Part shown: piece by piece, positions 1-13,337 of the stretch | Layout of the letters: each line of letters starts with the position of its first letter | How positions within the stretch are numbered: the stretch's first letter is position 1 | NCBI GenBank assembly: GCA_951406725.2 | Contig: OX597814.1 | Span: 36,704,001-36,768,000 of the forward strand | Source: Octopus vulgaris | Taxonomy: Eukaryota | Direction: 5' to 3' | Length of the DNA: 64,000 nt | Notes under the pieces: generated by a model | Databases searched by the model: none | What the model saw: only the letters and a program-made list of their open reading frames with translations | Told to the model about the DNA's origin: nothing | Translations under genes and position numbers: made by a program

Positions 1-119
1 AGATGCAATTTAAAACCCAAAAAAAATTAAATAATTCATCGTCACAAAACAGTGACCAAGGGTGAAGAGTGCACCGGCATTGCTAGAAATAAGAGTTATA
101 AACTCCTTAGCCACAGGAA

Positions 120-347
<228 letters not shown>

Positions 348-2097
348 CCATATATATGTATGAAGTCAGTATTTGATCTATGTGAAATAGATAGTGTAGT
401 GTTCAAATGCCTCTAGTGTCAAATCAGTCTAGTGAACATGGCCAATATTAGATCATGAGAATGATGAGGCAAATGTATTTGTTGTTCAATTTTGAATGCC
501 TCTAGGTTCATAAAGAAAGCAAGTGCTGCCAGATTCTATTTTTAGGAATAATTGCAAAAAGCGATCAGTGTGAGATCTGAAGGAGAAGAGAAAATCAGGT
601 TCTCAAGTAGAGAAAAGGCGGTAATTAATCCTGGCGTAGTTGGCAGATAGATGCCCAGTTTGCAGGAGCAGGTATTATGAGATTAGTGGTGGGATAGAAA
701 GGGCAGAACGTATTATTTAGTATTTTGTGTTTTTTGGTAGGATTTTTTAATGATTCGTCTTTTTCTTCGGGTATCATAGTTTACAATATATGTATGTTTT
801 TCACTTTTTACGTACCTACAAAGGGGAATCATTTGCTAATGTATTTCAGGTTTGCTCATTCTAAAGTAAGAGTGAGCAATTTGAAGCATTATTACACAAA
901 TGCAAATGGTAAAAAGAAGTCAATATGCATTATACATGAAAGAATGTATGGCTTGTTAAATAACCTTATGTGCTGAGATATGTGAGCAAAACCCGTCCAT
1001 ATGGTATATTTTCAGTCCATAAAATCAGAATAGAGCTAGAAACTGTCCAAATAAATACTGCATACTATTCTTGAGAAGAAGAAAACTTGCACTGTTCCAG
1101 CCACAAATCTTTTTTTTTTCATATCTCTATGGTCCACTGGGAGGAAACATGCGTAAATTTGAAAAAAAAAAGAAAAGAAAAGAAGCAACTGTTTGGCATA
1201 GTGTGCTTAGATGAACCGAAGGGGAGAATGGATTATAATTTTCATTATTGATTCATAAGCTTAATTTCGATTGCTTGAGATAACAACGTATCCCTTAAGA
1301 GGAGGTGATTTGGCTAATGAGAACCGGTGATACTTATGAATCTTGTGAGGCTCTGGTTTGGATTGCATATTCGAGTTATATGTTTTACAGCATTTTGTAA
1401 AAGTCAGAATCTAACTTTTATGCAAAATTGAGCCATATAGCTGATTAAACATTGCTGTGGGACATATCTTTGTCACTTATATTATAAAATGTTTGGAACT
1501 TACCATGGTCTACATATGTATACTTTTCTAAGAGCATAGCAATTGTCACAAACACTAACATACGCTCAATTATTTTGCATAGAAAAAACATAATTTGCAA
1601 ATGTTAAGTTTTTATTTTATCACATGAATTTTTATTTTTTACAGTCGTGACTAGAATGTTTTGTTATGTTGAACCAATTATTTTTACAGTGGACTGCTTT
1701 TGGTACAACTAATCACTTATAATTTAGTAGGAAGGAAGTCTATATATTGTCGCTCGTATAAACAAGACTAACAAACTAAGATAGTCAGTAGTTGAAAAGT
1801 TTAATCGCAAGGACATCTATGTAGTCAGTTTACCACCACACAAATTCAACGGTAATGACATGTATATAAGTATGCTTGTCTATATACACATGCACACATA
1901 GTACATATGTAGGCATTTATCTATACATGCATATGTGTATGTAGGTAAATATTTATATATGTATATGTAGCTGTGTGCACTGATGCATACACTATACGCG
2001 TCAACATCTTTCATATAAATCGGATACATACATATACATATATAAATATATACATATATAAATATATTCATATATTTACATATACAAACACACAAAT

Positions 2098-2617
2098 AAA
2101 GGAGTGGTACAGCAGGTTCCAAGACTACCACACCTCAGTGGACAGTGGGCCACGTTGTGGCCAGACAATTAACTAAGAATACTACCTGGGAGTCTTCGTG
2201 AAGCTGTGCAGTAAAAACGCCCCGACCCGTGAGTAGCGATTCCAAATGACAACGCAACCGCTCATTCATCCACGTCGTTCAAGCATTCCTCTTCAAGCAA
2301 AACACACCACTTGTTCGTCAGGCTTTCTACTGCCCAGATTTGGCCCCGTTCGACTTCTGGCTATTCCCAAAGTTAAAAAAAAACATTTATAAAAAGATTT
2401 GAGTCAACACATGACATTAAGCAAAATTCGATGGAACAGCTTTACAGCATCCTAAAATGTGATGTTTAGAAATGTTTCCAGCAGTGGCAGGAAAGCTGAC
2501 AGAAGTGTGTAGACTTCCAAGTTGAATACATTGAAGGAGACTAAATCAAAATGGTGAGTTTTATAATATTACTTGTTTTTAGGCCAAAGGTCGAATAATT
2601 TTTGCCTACACATAGTA
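2098..2617 (+). mobile_element. Degenerate, internally deleted mariner (Tc1/mariner) transposase relic with probable 3' TIR
   Basis: Manual translation gives EWYSRFQD..SVDSGPRCGQ, DNATAHS, FYCPDLAPFDFWLFPKLK (YSPDLAP motif) and KCFQQWQES*QKCVDFQVEYIEGD* ending at 2543; stops and frameshifts present. Confidence 0.85.
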
Positions 2618-4139
2618 TATACGCACACGCGCGCGTGCTCATACACACATAGTCACACACACACACACATGCACATGCACACATACACATGCACACGCAC
2701 ACACATATATAAACGAGATTATCTGCATCGGAAAAATGTTTTTCCTTCATTCTCCTTCGACCAGAAGAAATGGATCAGACAGCGTATAACAATCACGGGC
2801 TATTTTGACTGAACTTTTAAACCCTACATTTGGTAAATTGACAATAGTTAAATCGCTGCCCATCATTTCGCCCTGACGTCTAGTTTAACTCTTCTCTCTT
2901 GCTCCATAAGAAGTCAGAGGTCCTTTCTGTTGCGTCTTCTATCCAGCGCTCAGCCGCATTTATCTCTTGTCCTCATATTACAATTGTAATTATTCATCAT
3001 ACTGATCAGGTAGGAAATCTTCTGCAATCAAATTCAACTCCGATGCATTCTGTGCATACGCTCTGTAATCTTGCCAACGTTTATAGTAAGCGGGGAACTT
3101 CCATTGAGAGGCTTCGAATCATTCTACTTCCCAAGGAACAGTAAGCCTGACTTAGGGGTTATCCTTTTTGCCTTCTCCAAAAAACATCTACTTCCGGCTT
3201 CCAGGTTATTTGAGCAGATTTGGAGACCTGTAACTTTTCTCCACTTTTACTTTCGTCGAGTCGCTTATTGCAAACAGCATGGATATTTTGCTATCGTTAA
3301 ATGTTTACGTCTTCCGCGACTGATGTTGTTTATCTCTGACGTTGGAGTTTCTTGTTTCTCTTTTGATCCACAGTGCATCTCCCTTGGATAAGCGCTGTCT
3401 TATCTACCTGAGAATATATACACAACGGTACTACTTTCTTCATAAAGCCTACGCAGCTGTCCCTCTTTTATGCAATATTTATGAAATGCGAGTGTCATCA
3501 GGGAAAAAGTTTAGTATACACAGTCCTATCTATGTAATTTACCTCTTCGGATATACCACTTGATATTTGCACCCCACAGGGATACTAGCCCACAACTTTT
3601 GGTTTTGTGGGTTTTGTCCTTCATTCTGTAGGATGTCCAAAACCACTCTCTTCACAAAGAATTCTCAGTGTCGAAGGTGATTTTAGTTAGCATAGTCAAT
3701 GACTAAAGAACTGGGTTACATATACATATATGCACACACACATACATATATATACACACACAAATGTCTACCAAATCTATTCACGAGGCTTTGGCTCACC
3801 CGAAGCTATAATAGAAGACATATATCGCCTGTTGCATTCAGGCCATAAGGTCAATGTTTCCTCGCGCTCGCCAGTTACCCTCTCGTCCATGCCAGAACAA
3901 AGGCTTTCGTTCGTTTTTTTCGTTGTTCTCTTGTTTATTTTTGATTTCTCGTATTGTAATTTAATTCTCGTTATGTATTTTCGTGTGCATGTATCTTTAA
4001 TTTTGTATTTTTTTCTTGTATGTATTTTTTGTGCAGTTCTTTGTTACGTCCCTTTTTGTGTTACATTTTTCCTGCTCGTTTACCCCTCTACGAGTTTATT
4101 TTATTTTAATTCTCTCGTAGGAAGGCCTAGCTTGACCTT

Positions 4140-4196
4140 ACGTGTTCTGTCTTGCCTTCGAAACACGTGTCTGCTAGCGACAGCTGATGAAGGGGA
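4140..4196 (+). ncRNA. Candidate hammerhead ribozyme with scrambled strand order (family A, copy 1)
   Basis: ACGTGT-T-CTGTC ttg CCTTC-GAAA-CACGT ... GACAG-CTGATGA-AGGGG; stems III (6 bp), I (5 bp) and a weak II can all form; NUH = GUU. Confidence 0.55.
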
Positions 4197-5037
4197 TTTT
4201 TCGTTGTGTAGCACGTCCTGTACTTCGTTTTTCTGCTACACATAACTGTTTTTCCCGTTTTCGTTTTCGTTTCGTCTTGTTCCCCGTCTCTGTCCTTCTG
4301 TTGTAACAAAATATCTTCTCCGTTTTCGTTCTGTTGATTTTTTCGTCTTCTTGTGATGTCCTGTACGTATATATATATTTATATATGCATGTATATATAC
4401 ATGTAGATATCGGTACGTACATATATGTTTGTATGTATGCATATATTTTATTTATTACACTATTGTCTGACAGCGCTTCGCGTCGGGTTCGTTTGAATTT
4501 TCGATTTTTCGAATTCTCACTTTGTTCCGTCCCCTCCTCTTTGTCCATTTTTACAGTTTACTACAATGATGCGAAACTCTCTTCCTTTGCTTTAACTTCC
4601 CCTCTCTCTCTCTCTCTCTCTTGCTCTCTCTACCTCACCCTTCTCTCTAGCCTGTGTCTTCCTCTTTCTGTCTCTCTCTCTCTCTCCTACTTTTCCTCAC
4701 TTTCGTCACTGCTAAACCTTTCCGCCTGTTGCATTCAGGCCATAAGGTCAATGTTTCCTCGCGCTCGCCAGTTACCTATCTCGTCCCAGCCAGAACAAAG
4801 GCCTTCGTTCGTTTTTTTCGTTGTTCTCTTGTTTATTTTTGATTTCTCGTATTGTAATTTAATTCTCGTTATGTATTTTCGTGTGCATGTATCTTTAATT
4901 TTGTATTTTTTTCTTGTATGTATTTTTTGTGCAGTTCTTTGTTACGTCCCTTTTTGTGTTACATTTTTCCTGCTCGTTTACCCCTCTTCGAGTTTATTTT
5001 ATTTTAATTCTCTCGTAGGAAGGCCTAGCTTGACCTT

Positions 5038-5094
5038 ACGTGTTCTGTCTTGCCTTCGAAACACGTGTCTGCTAGCGACAGCTGATGAAGGGGA
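5038..5094 (+). ncRNA. Candidate scrambled hammerhead ribozyme (family A, copy 2)
   Basis: Identical to 4140-4196, offset by 898 bp. Confidence 0.55.
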
Positions 5095-5354
5095 TTTTTC
5101 GTTGTGTAGCACGTCCTGTACTTCGTTTTTCTGCTACACATAACTGTTTTTCCCGTTTTCGTTTTCGTTTCGTCTTGTTCCCCGTCTCTGTCCTTCTGTT
5201 GTAACAAAATGTCTTCTCCGTTTTCGTTCTGTTGATTTTTTCGTCTTCTTGTGATGTCCTGTACGTATATATATATTTATATATGCATGTATATATACAT
5301 GTAGATGTCGGTACGTACATATATGTTTGTATGTATGCATATATTTATTTATTA

Positions 5355-5409
<55 letters not shown>

Positions 5410-5412
5410 TTA

Positions 5413-5716
5413 AAGGAGCACTCCGTCGGTTACAACGACGTGGGTCCCAGCTGATGCGATCAACGGAACAGTCGGCTCGTGAAATTAACGTGCAAGTGGT
5501 GGAGCAATCCACGGGTACATGTACTGTTACTCAGGGAGATTCAGCATGACACAGAATGTGACATGGTTGGCCCTTTGAAATACATGTATTACTAATTTTT
5601 GCCTGCTGAGTGGAGTCGAGCAATGTGAAAATGAAGTGTCTCACTCAAGGACACAACGCGTTTCCAGGAATAGAACTCACGTGAGCCGAATATTCTACGC
5701 ACTAAGCCACGCACTT
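5413..5716 (-). mobile_element. tRNA-derived SINE sharing its 3' tail with the SINE at 35725
   Basis: Reverse complement matches about 35925-36107; degenerate A/B-box-like head near 5716. Confidence 0.7.
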
Positions 5717-5814
5717 TATATATAAGAGTTACTGTTACCCTGTTACTGTTAGCTGTGACATCGAGTTTTACCTGTTGTGATGCTTATTCAAGCAAACTAA
5801 ATATGTTTCCAATA

Positions 5815-6400
5815 AGCGTGGGCAGATGCAGTTTGCTGCAAATGTAAAACTTCGAATCTACCACCTTTTACGCCCTTTTATCAGAAAATGCTTTAGTCTG
5901 CTTTTTTACTTAGTTTAGGCAACTGGTCAGTAAGAAACAATTCGTACGACGACACATTCCTCGACCCGATATAGGATGATAAATAAGTTTTATCGTCAAT
6001 GCAAGCCGCTTCTAAAACGTATGGTAGCATAGATACACGATTGGAATAACTGCAGATAATATTATTTGGCACCAGATCATTGGTTAAATCGGTAGTTGGT
6101 TTTATTTCAACAGGAATTGTATATTGTAGTATATTACATCTAGCCAGACAAATGGCCATTGGAAATTCTTAGACAGTTCAAGACCCGTCTAATTATGCAC
6201 AGTGCTGGCAGCAATATATATCCGATTTGCCAAAAGCGATACCAAAGGAACTCAAAGTTTATACATACGTGTCTACAAATTGTGGTACTTAATATCTTGT
6301 CTTCCGCAACGGTGCAAAGGCAACTGAAGACTCCTTATAGCGGACCCTATAATGTTTTGCTTGCTAATTCAGAATATTTTGTGACTGATGCACATTAAAA
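5815..6400 (+). mobile_element. Possible highly decayed Gypsy LTR-retrotransposon relic
   Basis: QLKTPYSGPYNVL resembles the integrase C-terminal GPY/F motif; weak gag-like NLPPF near 5856. Confidence 0.3.
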
Positions 6401-8028
6401 ACGAAATGGTCTGTAACGACAAAAAAACAAAAAGCAAAACAATGTTGCTTTGATTCTAAAATTTCACTCACGTACTAACCCGATAATTCAAGTCCAAAAT
6501 AGCAGTTTAAAAAATCTTCAGTACCTGGTCTCCGATGCTGGCTGCGATTTATGGTGCATGTATTTCTGCTGCAAATATACATGTAGTTTTCGTGCAAATT
6601 AAAGTATATAGAAAATATAGTGTATACGTGAAAACGCCATTATACGTGTACGTGTATATATACAATTTATATTTGTGTAGATACGTTCACATAGCGTTCA
6701 TATATGTGCAAATTTATATAAATATACCAAATATACTTATATTATACCTGTATATATATACTCAAACACACATACATATGCATGCGGTATCCTATTTATA
6801 TGAAAGATTTTGAAGCATATAGTGTATGTATCAATACACGCAGCTACATATACATATATAAAGAAACACACCTACATACACATATGCATATATAGATAAA
6901 TGCCTACATACACACTTACATATATATAAATGTAATTGAACTTGCATATTAATTATTTCATAATTTAAAAAAAACACCTACAAATTCAGTAAGTTCTATG
7001 CACTTTATAAAATGTTATGCGATGCATAGGTTTTATGTATACATAGTTGAAGTTAAGAATGTGAACCTGGTTTCGTTGGTATGGTGTGTTTATGCGTGTG
7101 AAAAGGTGCGAAGGGTGTCAATGGAAGATATATGTGCTTATCCAGGCTGGGAAGGTGGATCGCAAAAAATGGAGTTCTGCTTAAAATTTTGAATTTTAAA
7201 CTGTAGCGTATGTGGGCAAAAAGAGGAAGTTTATTCGCTGATGTTCAGAATGCTCAATGTTGGCGTTAGATTATTTAGCTTCTCTGTAATATAGAGGTTA
7301 CATTCGCTGCTCCATCTCTTATACTTCCTGGTTTTACCACAGATTTTTCAGGGATTTTCTGCTCAATGCATTTCAGTCTCTATACCATTTTGCACAAATA
7401 TAGCATGGAACGATGTGGAGACTAAATGATAGGGTTTTGGAAATTAGTTTAACAACCTGGAGTGTTATACGTAAGTCCAGTAGGTGACGTTGATAAATTG
7501 TTTGTATACGAGTGCAAGATTCAATAAAAACAGTAAACTTTTCTTTTTGAGCTTGGTATCTAAGTGGGTGGACACTTGTATCAATACACAGCTGCAACTG
7601 CCGACATTTTTGCCCATACTTGTGTAAAAAAGTAAAAGAATCATCAATTATTCGTCAAAAGCCTACAACGCAAACTGTCCGTGAACATACGCTCAAAATT
7701 AAAGTACCAATTACCTTTCAAATTGTATTTTCCCCAACTCATGAACAATGCTCTCCGTATGATCTTAAACTTCTACTGAATATCCTCTAAACACGTGACG
7801 ATTCCAGTTTTTCTCAGTATGTTCTTCGTCTTACCAATACAGAAGACCTATATTTACAGTCCTGTTTTTGATTATTGAGAATTTTGTTGATACTTTTATA
7901 ACCAGATATTTCTTTTCAGCTAGCAATGGTTTTTGAATACATCGAACGAATGAATTAAGTTGTTTTGTGATAGATACACTCGTATTATTTTTAACTAAGA
8001 ATTAAATTCTTTGGTTAAAAAAATACGA

Positions 8029-8076
<48 letters not shown>

Positions 8077-8207
8077 ACATCAAGCACTAAATCTCTCATA
8101 AAGTCAATAACCATAGAAAATAAATAATTTTGTATATCGTGGTTCAGGCATTAATCTTTGTAAAAGCCACCCAGAAGAGAGAATTATTTTTCTCGCTCCC
8201 GCAAAAC

Positions 8208-8440
8208 TTTCTTTTATCCTTTTACTTGTTTCAGTCATTTCACTGCGGCTATGCTTGAGCATCGCCTTTAGTCGAACAAATCGACCCCAGAACTTATTCT
8301 CTGTAAGCTTAGTGTTTATTCTATCAGTCACTTTTTGATGAGCCGCTAGGTTACGGGGAGGTAAAAACACCAACATCGGTTGTGAAGCGATGGTGGAGGG
8401 ACAAACACAGACACAAATAACAAATACACACATACACACA
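8208..8440 (-). mobile_element. SINE family 1, 3' portion
   Basis: Reverse-complement similarity to 22320-22520 and 45650-45835. Confidence 0.8.
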
Positions 8441-8446
8441 CATATA

Positions 8447-8825
8447 TCTATGTATATAAAACTGAGAATGTGTGTCTGTCTGTGTCAATCACTAAACTTG
8501 AGAACTACATAACCATTTTCATTCAACTTTTACACATGTCTTACTTAGGGGCCTAGAATTGTCATGGGCAAAAAAATTTACTTCTTGCCTAGAGCGAGAG
8601 CGTAGCAATATCATATCTTCTCCACTATAAATCCCTAAAGCTTGAGATCTACTCAACCAATTTCATTCAAATTTTACACATGCCTTACTTTGGGTCCATG
8701 TAGTGTTATAGGCAAAACAATTTTTAACTTCATGTCTAGGGCGAGCCCACAGCAATATCACATCTTCTCCACTATTTCAGTATTACGTGTTAAAAGTGAA
8801 ACAAAAGCATCTCTCTATTGTATAT
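8447..8825 (+). mobile_element. Non-autonomous Helitron 5'-end fragment with internal ~143-bp tandem duplication
   Basis: Starts A|TCTATGTATATAAAA followed by tgtgtgtctgtctg, like the Helitron 5' end at 12264; about 8492-8630 is repeated at about 8635-8776. Confidence 0.5.
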
Positions 8826-8826
8826 G

Positions 8827-8893
<67 letters not shown>

Positions 8894-9146
8894 GTATATA
8901 TATACATGTATATGTATACATGTATATATACATGTACATATATAGATGTATATGTATACATGTATATATATAGCTGTATATGTATACATGTATTTCTATA
9001 GATATACATGTATGTCTAGATGTATATAAAGATGTACATGTAATATGTACACATATATATATACACATATATACATGCATACATATATACACCCATACAC
9101 ACATACACACAAACCGATCAACCCCACCCCACATGCACCCACATAC

Positions 9147-9470
9147 ATAGGTGCAGGTGTGGCTGTGTGGTAACAAACTTGGTTCCAAAACACATGGTCC
9201 TCAGTTCAGTCCCACTGTGTGGTAACTTGACATGTGTCTTCTGCTATAGCCTGAGACCAACCAAAGCCTTGTCAGTGGTTTTTATAGACAGAAACTGAAA
9301 GAAATCAATTGTATGTATATATATGAATATATGTAAGTCTATGTGTGTGTCTTTGTGTTACTCCCTCAACACTGCTTCATAACTGGTGCTCGTTTATTTA
9401 CATCCCCATAACTTACTGGTTTCACAAGAAGAAACTGATAGAATAAGTACCAGGCTTATCAAAATATAAA
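9147..9470 (+). mobile_element. SINE family 1 (tRNA-derived head)
   Basis: TGGCTGTGTGG A-box-like and GTTCAGTCCC B-box-like motifs; homologous to copies at 22060, 43601 and 45383. Confidence 0.8.
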
Positions 9471-9516
9471 AAAAATCACTACGCAGTGTCTCATATTTTT
9501 GTTTGCCCACTCAGTT

Positions 9517-10862
9517 GTACGTATCAATTGCTTCTCGAATGTATCCAGAATCGCAGTGTGGCTTTAGAAGAAGCAGATCAACTATTGACATGATATTCTC
9601 CATACGCCAACTTCAGAAGTCCAGAGAGCAGAAAATGCCATTATATATGGCCTTCATTGATCTGACAAAGGCCTTTGACTTGGTACGTAGAAAAGGCCTG
9701 TTCATCCTGCTCCGAAAAATCGGATGTCCACCAAAGCTGCTGAGGATCATCAAATCTTTCCATGATAAAGCAATGTTGTATCCTTGCTCCTACATTATTT
9801 GGCATCTTCTCGCTGCTGTTGTCACATGCCTTTGAGACATTAGATGATGGAGTGTTTCTGCACAGTAGAAGTGATTGGAAACTGTTCAATCTCTCGCGTC
9901 TGCCTACCAAGACCAAAATAAGAAGCATCCTGATCAAGGAGATGTTATTTGCTTATAATGCCGCTCTGGTATCACACACAGAAGAAGCCCTACAAAGGCT
10001 CATCAAACGTTTTGAGCAAGCATGTAGCAGCTTTGGCTTATTTATTAGCCTCAAGAAGACCAACATCATGGGTCAGGCTACATCGGACATCCCAAACATA
10101 CATATTGGAGACCACAGACTACAGGAGGTGGAGAAGTTTACCTATCTTGGCTCTACCGTTACCTACAACCTATTCCTTGATGCTGAGCTCAATATACACA
10201 TTGGCAAGGCAGCTGCTGTGATGGCCCAACTCTCCAACAATAAGCTGATCAAGACCACAAAAATGAAGATTTACCAGGCATGTGTACTTAGCACTCTACG
10301 GTATGGAAGTGAGAGTTGGACGCCATACACACGCCATACGACGCCATACGTCGCCTAAATATCTTTCACCTGCGCTGCCTCCGGAAAATCCTTCGCATCA
10401 AATGGCAGAATCATGTCCCCAACAAAGATGTCCTCAAGCAAGCAGGAATATTAAGCATGTTTGCACTCCTCACATAAAGACGTATGAGATGGCTTGGACA
10501 TGTTAGCCGTATGGAATATGGCAGATCCCCAAGAACATACTCAACGGAGAGCTTGCTAGGGGCACTAGGTCTGTGGCAAGACAGTTCTTACGATACAAGG
10601 AAGTTTTCAAAAGGGACAGGAATGCCTGCAACATCAATATTAGCAGTTGCCAGTGACCATGGCGATTGGCGACGTACTGTAAAAGAGGGAACACAAAGGA
10701 GTGACATAGAGGGAGAGGAGAAATGGAAAGACAAGAAAAGACGTCAACAAGAAGTATGACATTACAACCAGCCAGGCAAAGTCTTCGTTGCATTTGCGGC
10801 ACCTGCCAGAGGGAGTGTTTGTCCAGGATATGACTACACAGCCACATCAGGAGATGTATTAG
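9517..10862 (+). mobile_element. 5'-truncated RTE-clade (BovB-like) LINE, reverse-transcriptase pseudogene
   Basis: PESQCGFRRSRSTIDMIF, FIDLTKAFD, KQCCILAPTLF, LFAYNAAL (decayed FADD), FTYLGS, YGSESW, RWLGHVSRM and a C-terminal CxxC..H; frameshifts and an internal deletion. Confidence 0.93.
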
Positions 10863-13337
10863 GACATAAAATGTAAAAGCCGGGCTAGATTATTTTATGC
10901 GCAACTCTATTGTCAGCAAAAGAAGTGCAGCTCCAATATTTAAGTATTTAGGATTTGTTTTATGGTTGATTTTATTTAAGTGTTTAATTCATTTTTCTTT
11001 TTTCCTACCAAAATTCCTTAACATTTGGTGATCAACACTTCCGTTTAGATAGCTGGATGTGACCTGTAAATATCCCTTCAGAAATGAAAATAATAGCAAT
11101 TCCTATACGAAAGATATAATTTATTTGGAAAAATAGCAGCTGAGTAAAAGCATGGAATACGAAAGCATAGTTTGTTTCGAATGAGCAAAACTAATAAAAG
11201 TAATTAAAAAAATGTAATATATTTCATACCTTGACAGAATCGGATTCACGCATTTTGGACAAAACAATTTGTTTGCTGAGGGAGAGAAAACCAGGTATAT
11301 AGACCCTAGTTACGGGTAGTTGAAGAAACGTCAATGCAAATTGATGTCTGCAGTGAGGGGGCTGCACAATGCGTAAAGAAAGAGGACAATGTTTACAGCG
11401 AAATCCAGTAAGTTTCAAATGGCAAGGGCTTTGAAGATAAAATGGAAGATAAGTAAAGAGGCAGTGTGAAGAGATATGAAAGCTTTGAACACATGAATAT
11501 AAGCAAGTCAACTCTGACGCACACAAAACATAGTGAGAAAAGGAATGATAAAAAAACTGATAGAATGTTACGGAGAGAGAGCGAGTGAGGGAGAGAGAGG
11601 GAGAGAGAAGGAGGGAGAGAGAAGGCGGGAGAGAGAGGGAGTATGAGAGAGAGGGAGGGAATGAGAATGTGCGTATGTGTGTGTGTGAAAGAGAGATAAA
11701 TAGATAGAAAGATAAATAGACAGAAAGATAGATAGATAAATAGTTAGATAGATGGATCGAGGGAGGGAAAGAGAGAAAAAGAGAGGGAGATAGAGAAAGA
11801 GAGAGGGAGAGAAAGGTGTACAAGAGAACAGAAGAGAGAAGAAGTACTGGTCAGAATAATAAATTAATAAATCTTTATAGAAGAAAATACGTTTAGAAAT
11901 TTGTTTGTCTGTGATGAACTGGAACTGATAATAGTGGTCAGAATTACCATGACGTGTTTAGCCAGGCAGAAATAAAAACAACGAACCAAATCATAAGTCT
12001 TGAGGAATAAAGAAAGTCTATTACATGCATTAAATAGCCTTCTCGCACTCGCTTACAAAAGCATATACCCACATGTTCTCACATACATGTGCATATATGT
12101 GTATATATACACACACACGCGCGTGTATGCATGTTTGTACGTATGCATGCATGTAAGTATGTATGTATGTATGAATGGATGGATGGATGGATGTATGGAT
12201 GGATGGATGGATGGATGGATAGATGGATGGATAGATGAATGAATGTATGTATGTATACACGTATCTCTCTATATAAACGGCAGTTTGTCTGTCTGTGTGT
12301 CTGTCAGGTTGTACCCTCACCCTGACCACGGCTTTCAACCGATTCTGATAAAACTTAACACACACATAGCCCAATGTCATTATTCAAAACTAACGCAACG
12401 AAAAGTTTGAAAAGTTCCCCCAGTTTTGAAAATAAATCGATAAATTCGACATGGGGTCGAGAATCTAACCTTTTTATATGCAACACATTTTCTGTTGTAG
12501 TTTTCGCAACTTACAATCGATTTTCACCAAACTCATGGTGAAGCTTAATGTTACCCTAAGAAACTTAATTCTGATGTTAGTTTTCCATGCAATACCTTAC
12601 CATCAGAAAAAATCGATAAAATCATGCCATTTTGGGAAATCGCGTTCAAATTCAAGATGACATCTTTTCGACAATATCTTTCACAAATTGGCAGGAATTT
12701 TTTTTAAAATTCACAACGAGCATCATGTCTGCTCCAAGGAGCTATATAGCCCTTTTTATTCCAATAGGATACTTTATTACAGGAAAAAATCGGTTAATTA
12801 AATCATATGTGGCACACATAGCAAACCGATTTGTGTATTTAACACAAACTACAGACTGTCTAGGGGACGCAACTCGACCTTTTTAACTCTTACACTCTGA
12901 AATAACTATCAAACAGTTATCGATAATTCAACCCAACCAATTCCTACCAGGAAGAAATTACATTCGAGACTTTACCCCCAACACCGCCACTTCTGCTAAT
13001 AGCTGCTGCAGCCGCAAGTTATTTGAATACATTTTTTGTTTAAACTTTCTTTATAACTACCACCCCAAACATTTTACCTTAAATTTTTGACGTACCCTAA
13101 GGGTCCTCGGACGCTACTTGCACACTCTTGCTTTATTATAAGCCGCTTTTGTGGTATACACCAAAAAACCTTTTCCATTCGTTTGTTCAGTTTGGTCACT
13201 TTTCGCTTTTTCGTTGTTGTCACTCACATTGCTGCCCGCTTTTTTGCCGTTTTTGTACATTTTTATACATTTTCGGATACTTACTCCACGTGTTCCTTTT
13301 TATTACACCTTTGCCAAACACATTGCTATCCACCAAA

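Larger units (their letters stand above)
3826..5360 (+). mobile_element. Partial-tandem non-coding repeat (898-bp period, ~1.7 copies), Penelope pLTR/retrozyme-like, family A
   Basis: 3826-4463 is nearly identical to 4723-5360; each copy has hammerhead core motifs; the 3' end runs into (TA)n. PLE assignment is inferred from architecture. Confidence 0.6.

Noticed and set aside
55-90. Possible Helitron 3' end (GC-rich stretch then CTAG)
   Set aside because: The hairpin is weak, CTAG is followed by A, and the upstream context is outside the window
380-720. Faint LINE 3'-end-like remnants (also about 11230-11520 and 46470-46710) and possible retroelement debris at 2790-3700, 18400-19320 and 26600-27150
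   Set aside because: No diagnostic motif could be recovered by eye
4155-4196. Reading the motif as an ordinary type II hammerhead (GAAAC-ACGU-GUC cleavage)
   Set aside because: No stem I hairpin can form between that GUC and CUGAUGA; the pairing partners of stems I and III lie upstream of GAAA
3730-5143. Hydrophobic 171-aa and 269-aa ORFs resembling membrane proteins
   Set aside because: They arise from the T-rich strand of the duplicated non-coding repeat and start in microsatellite or SINE sequence
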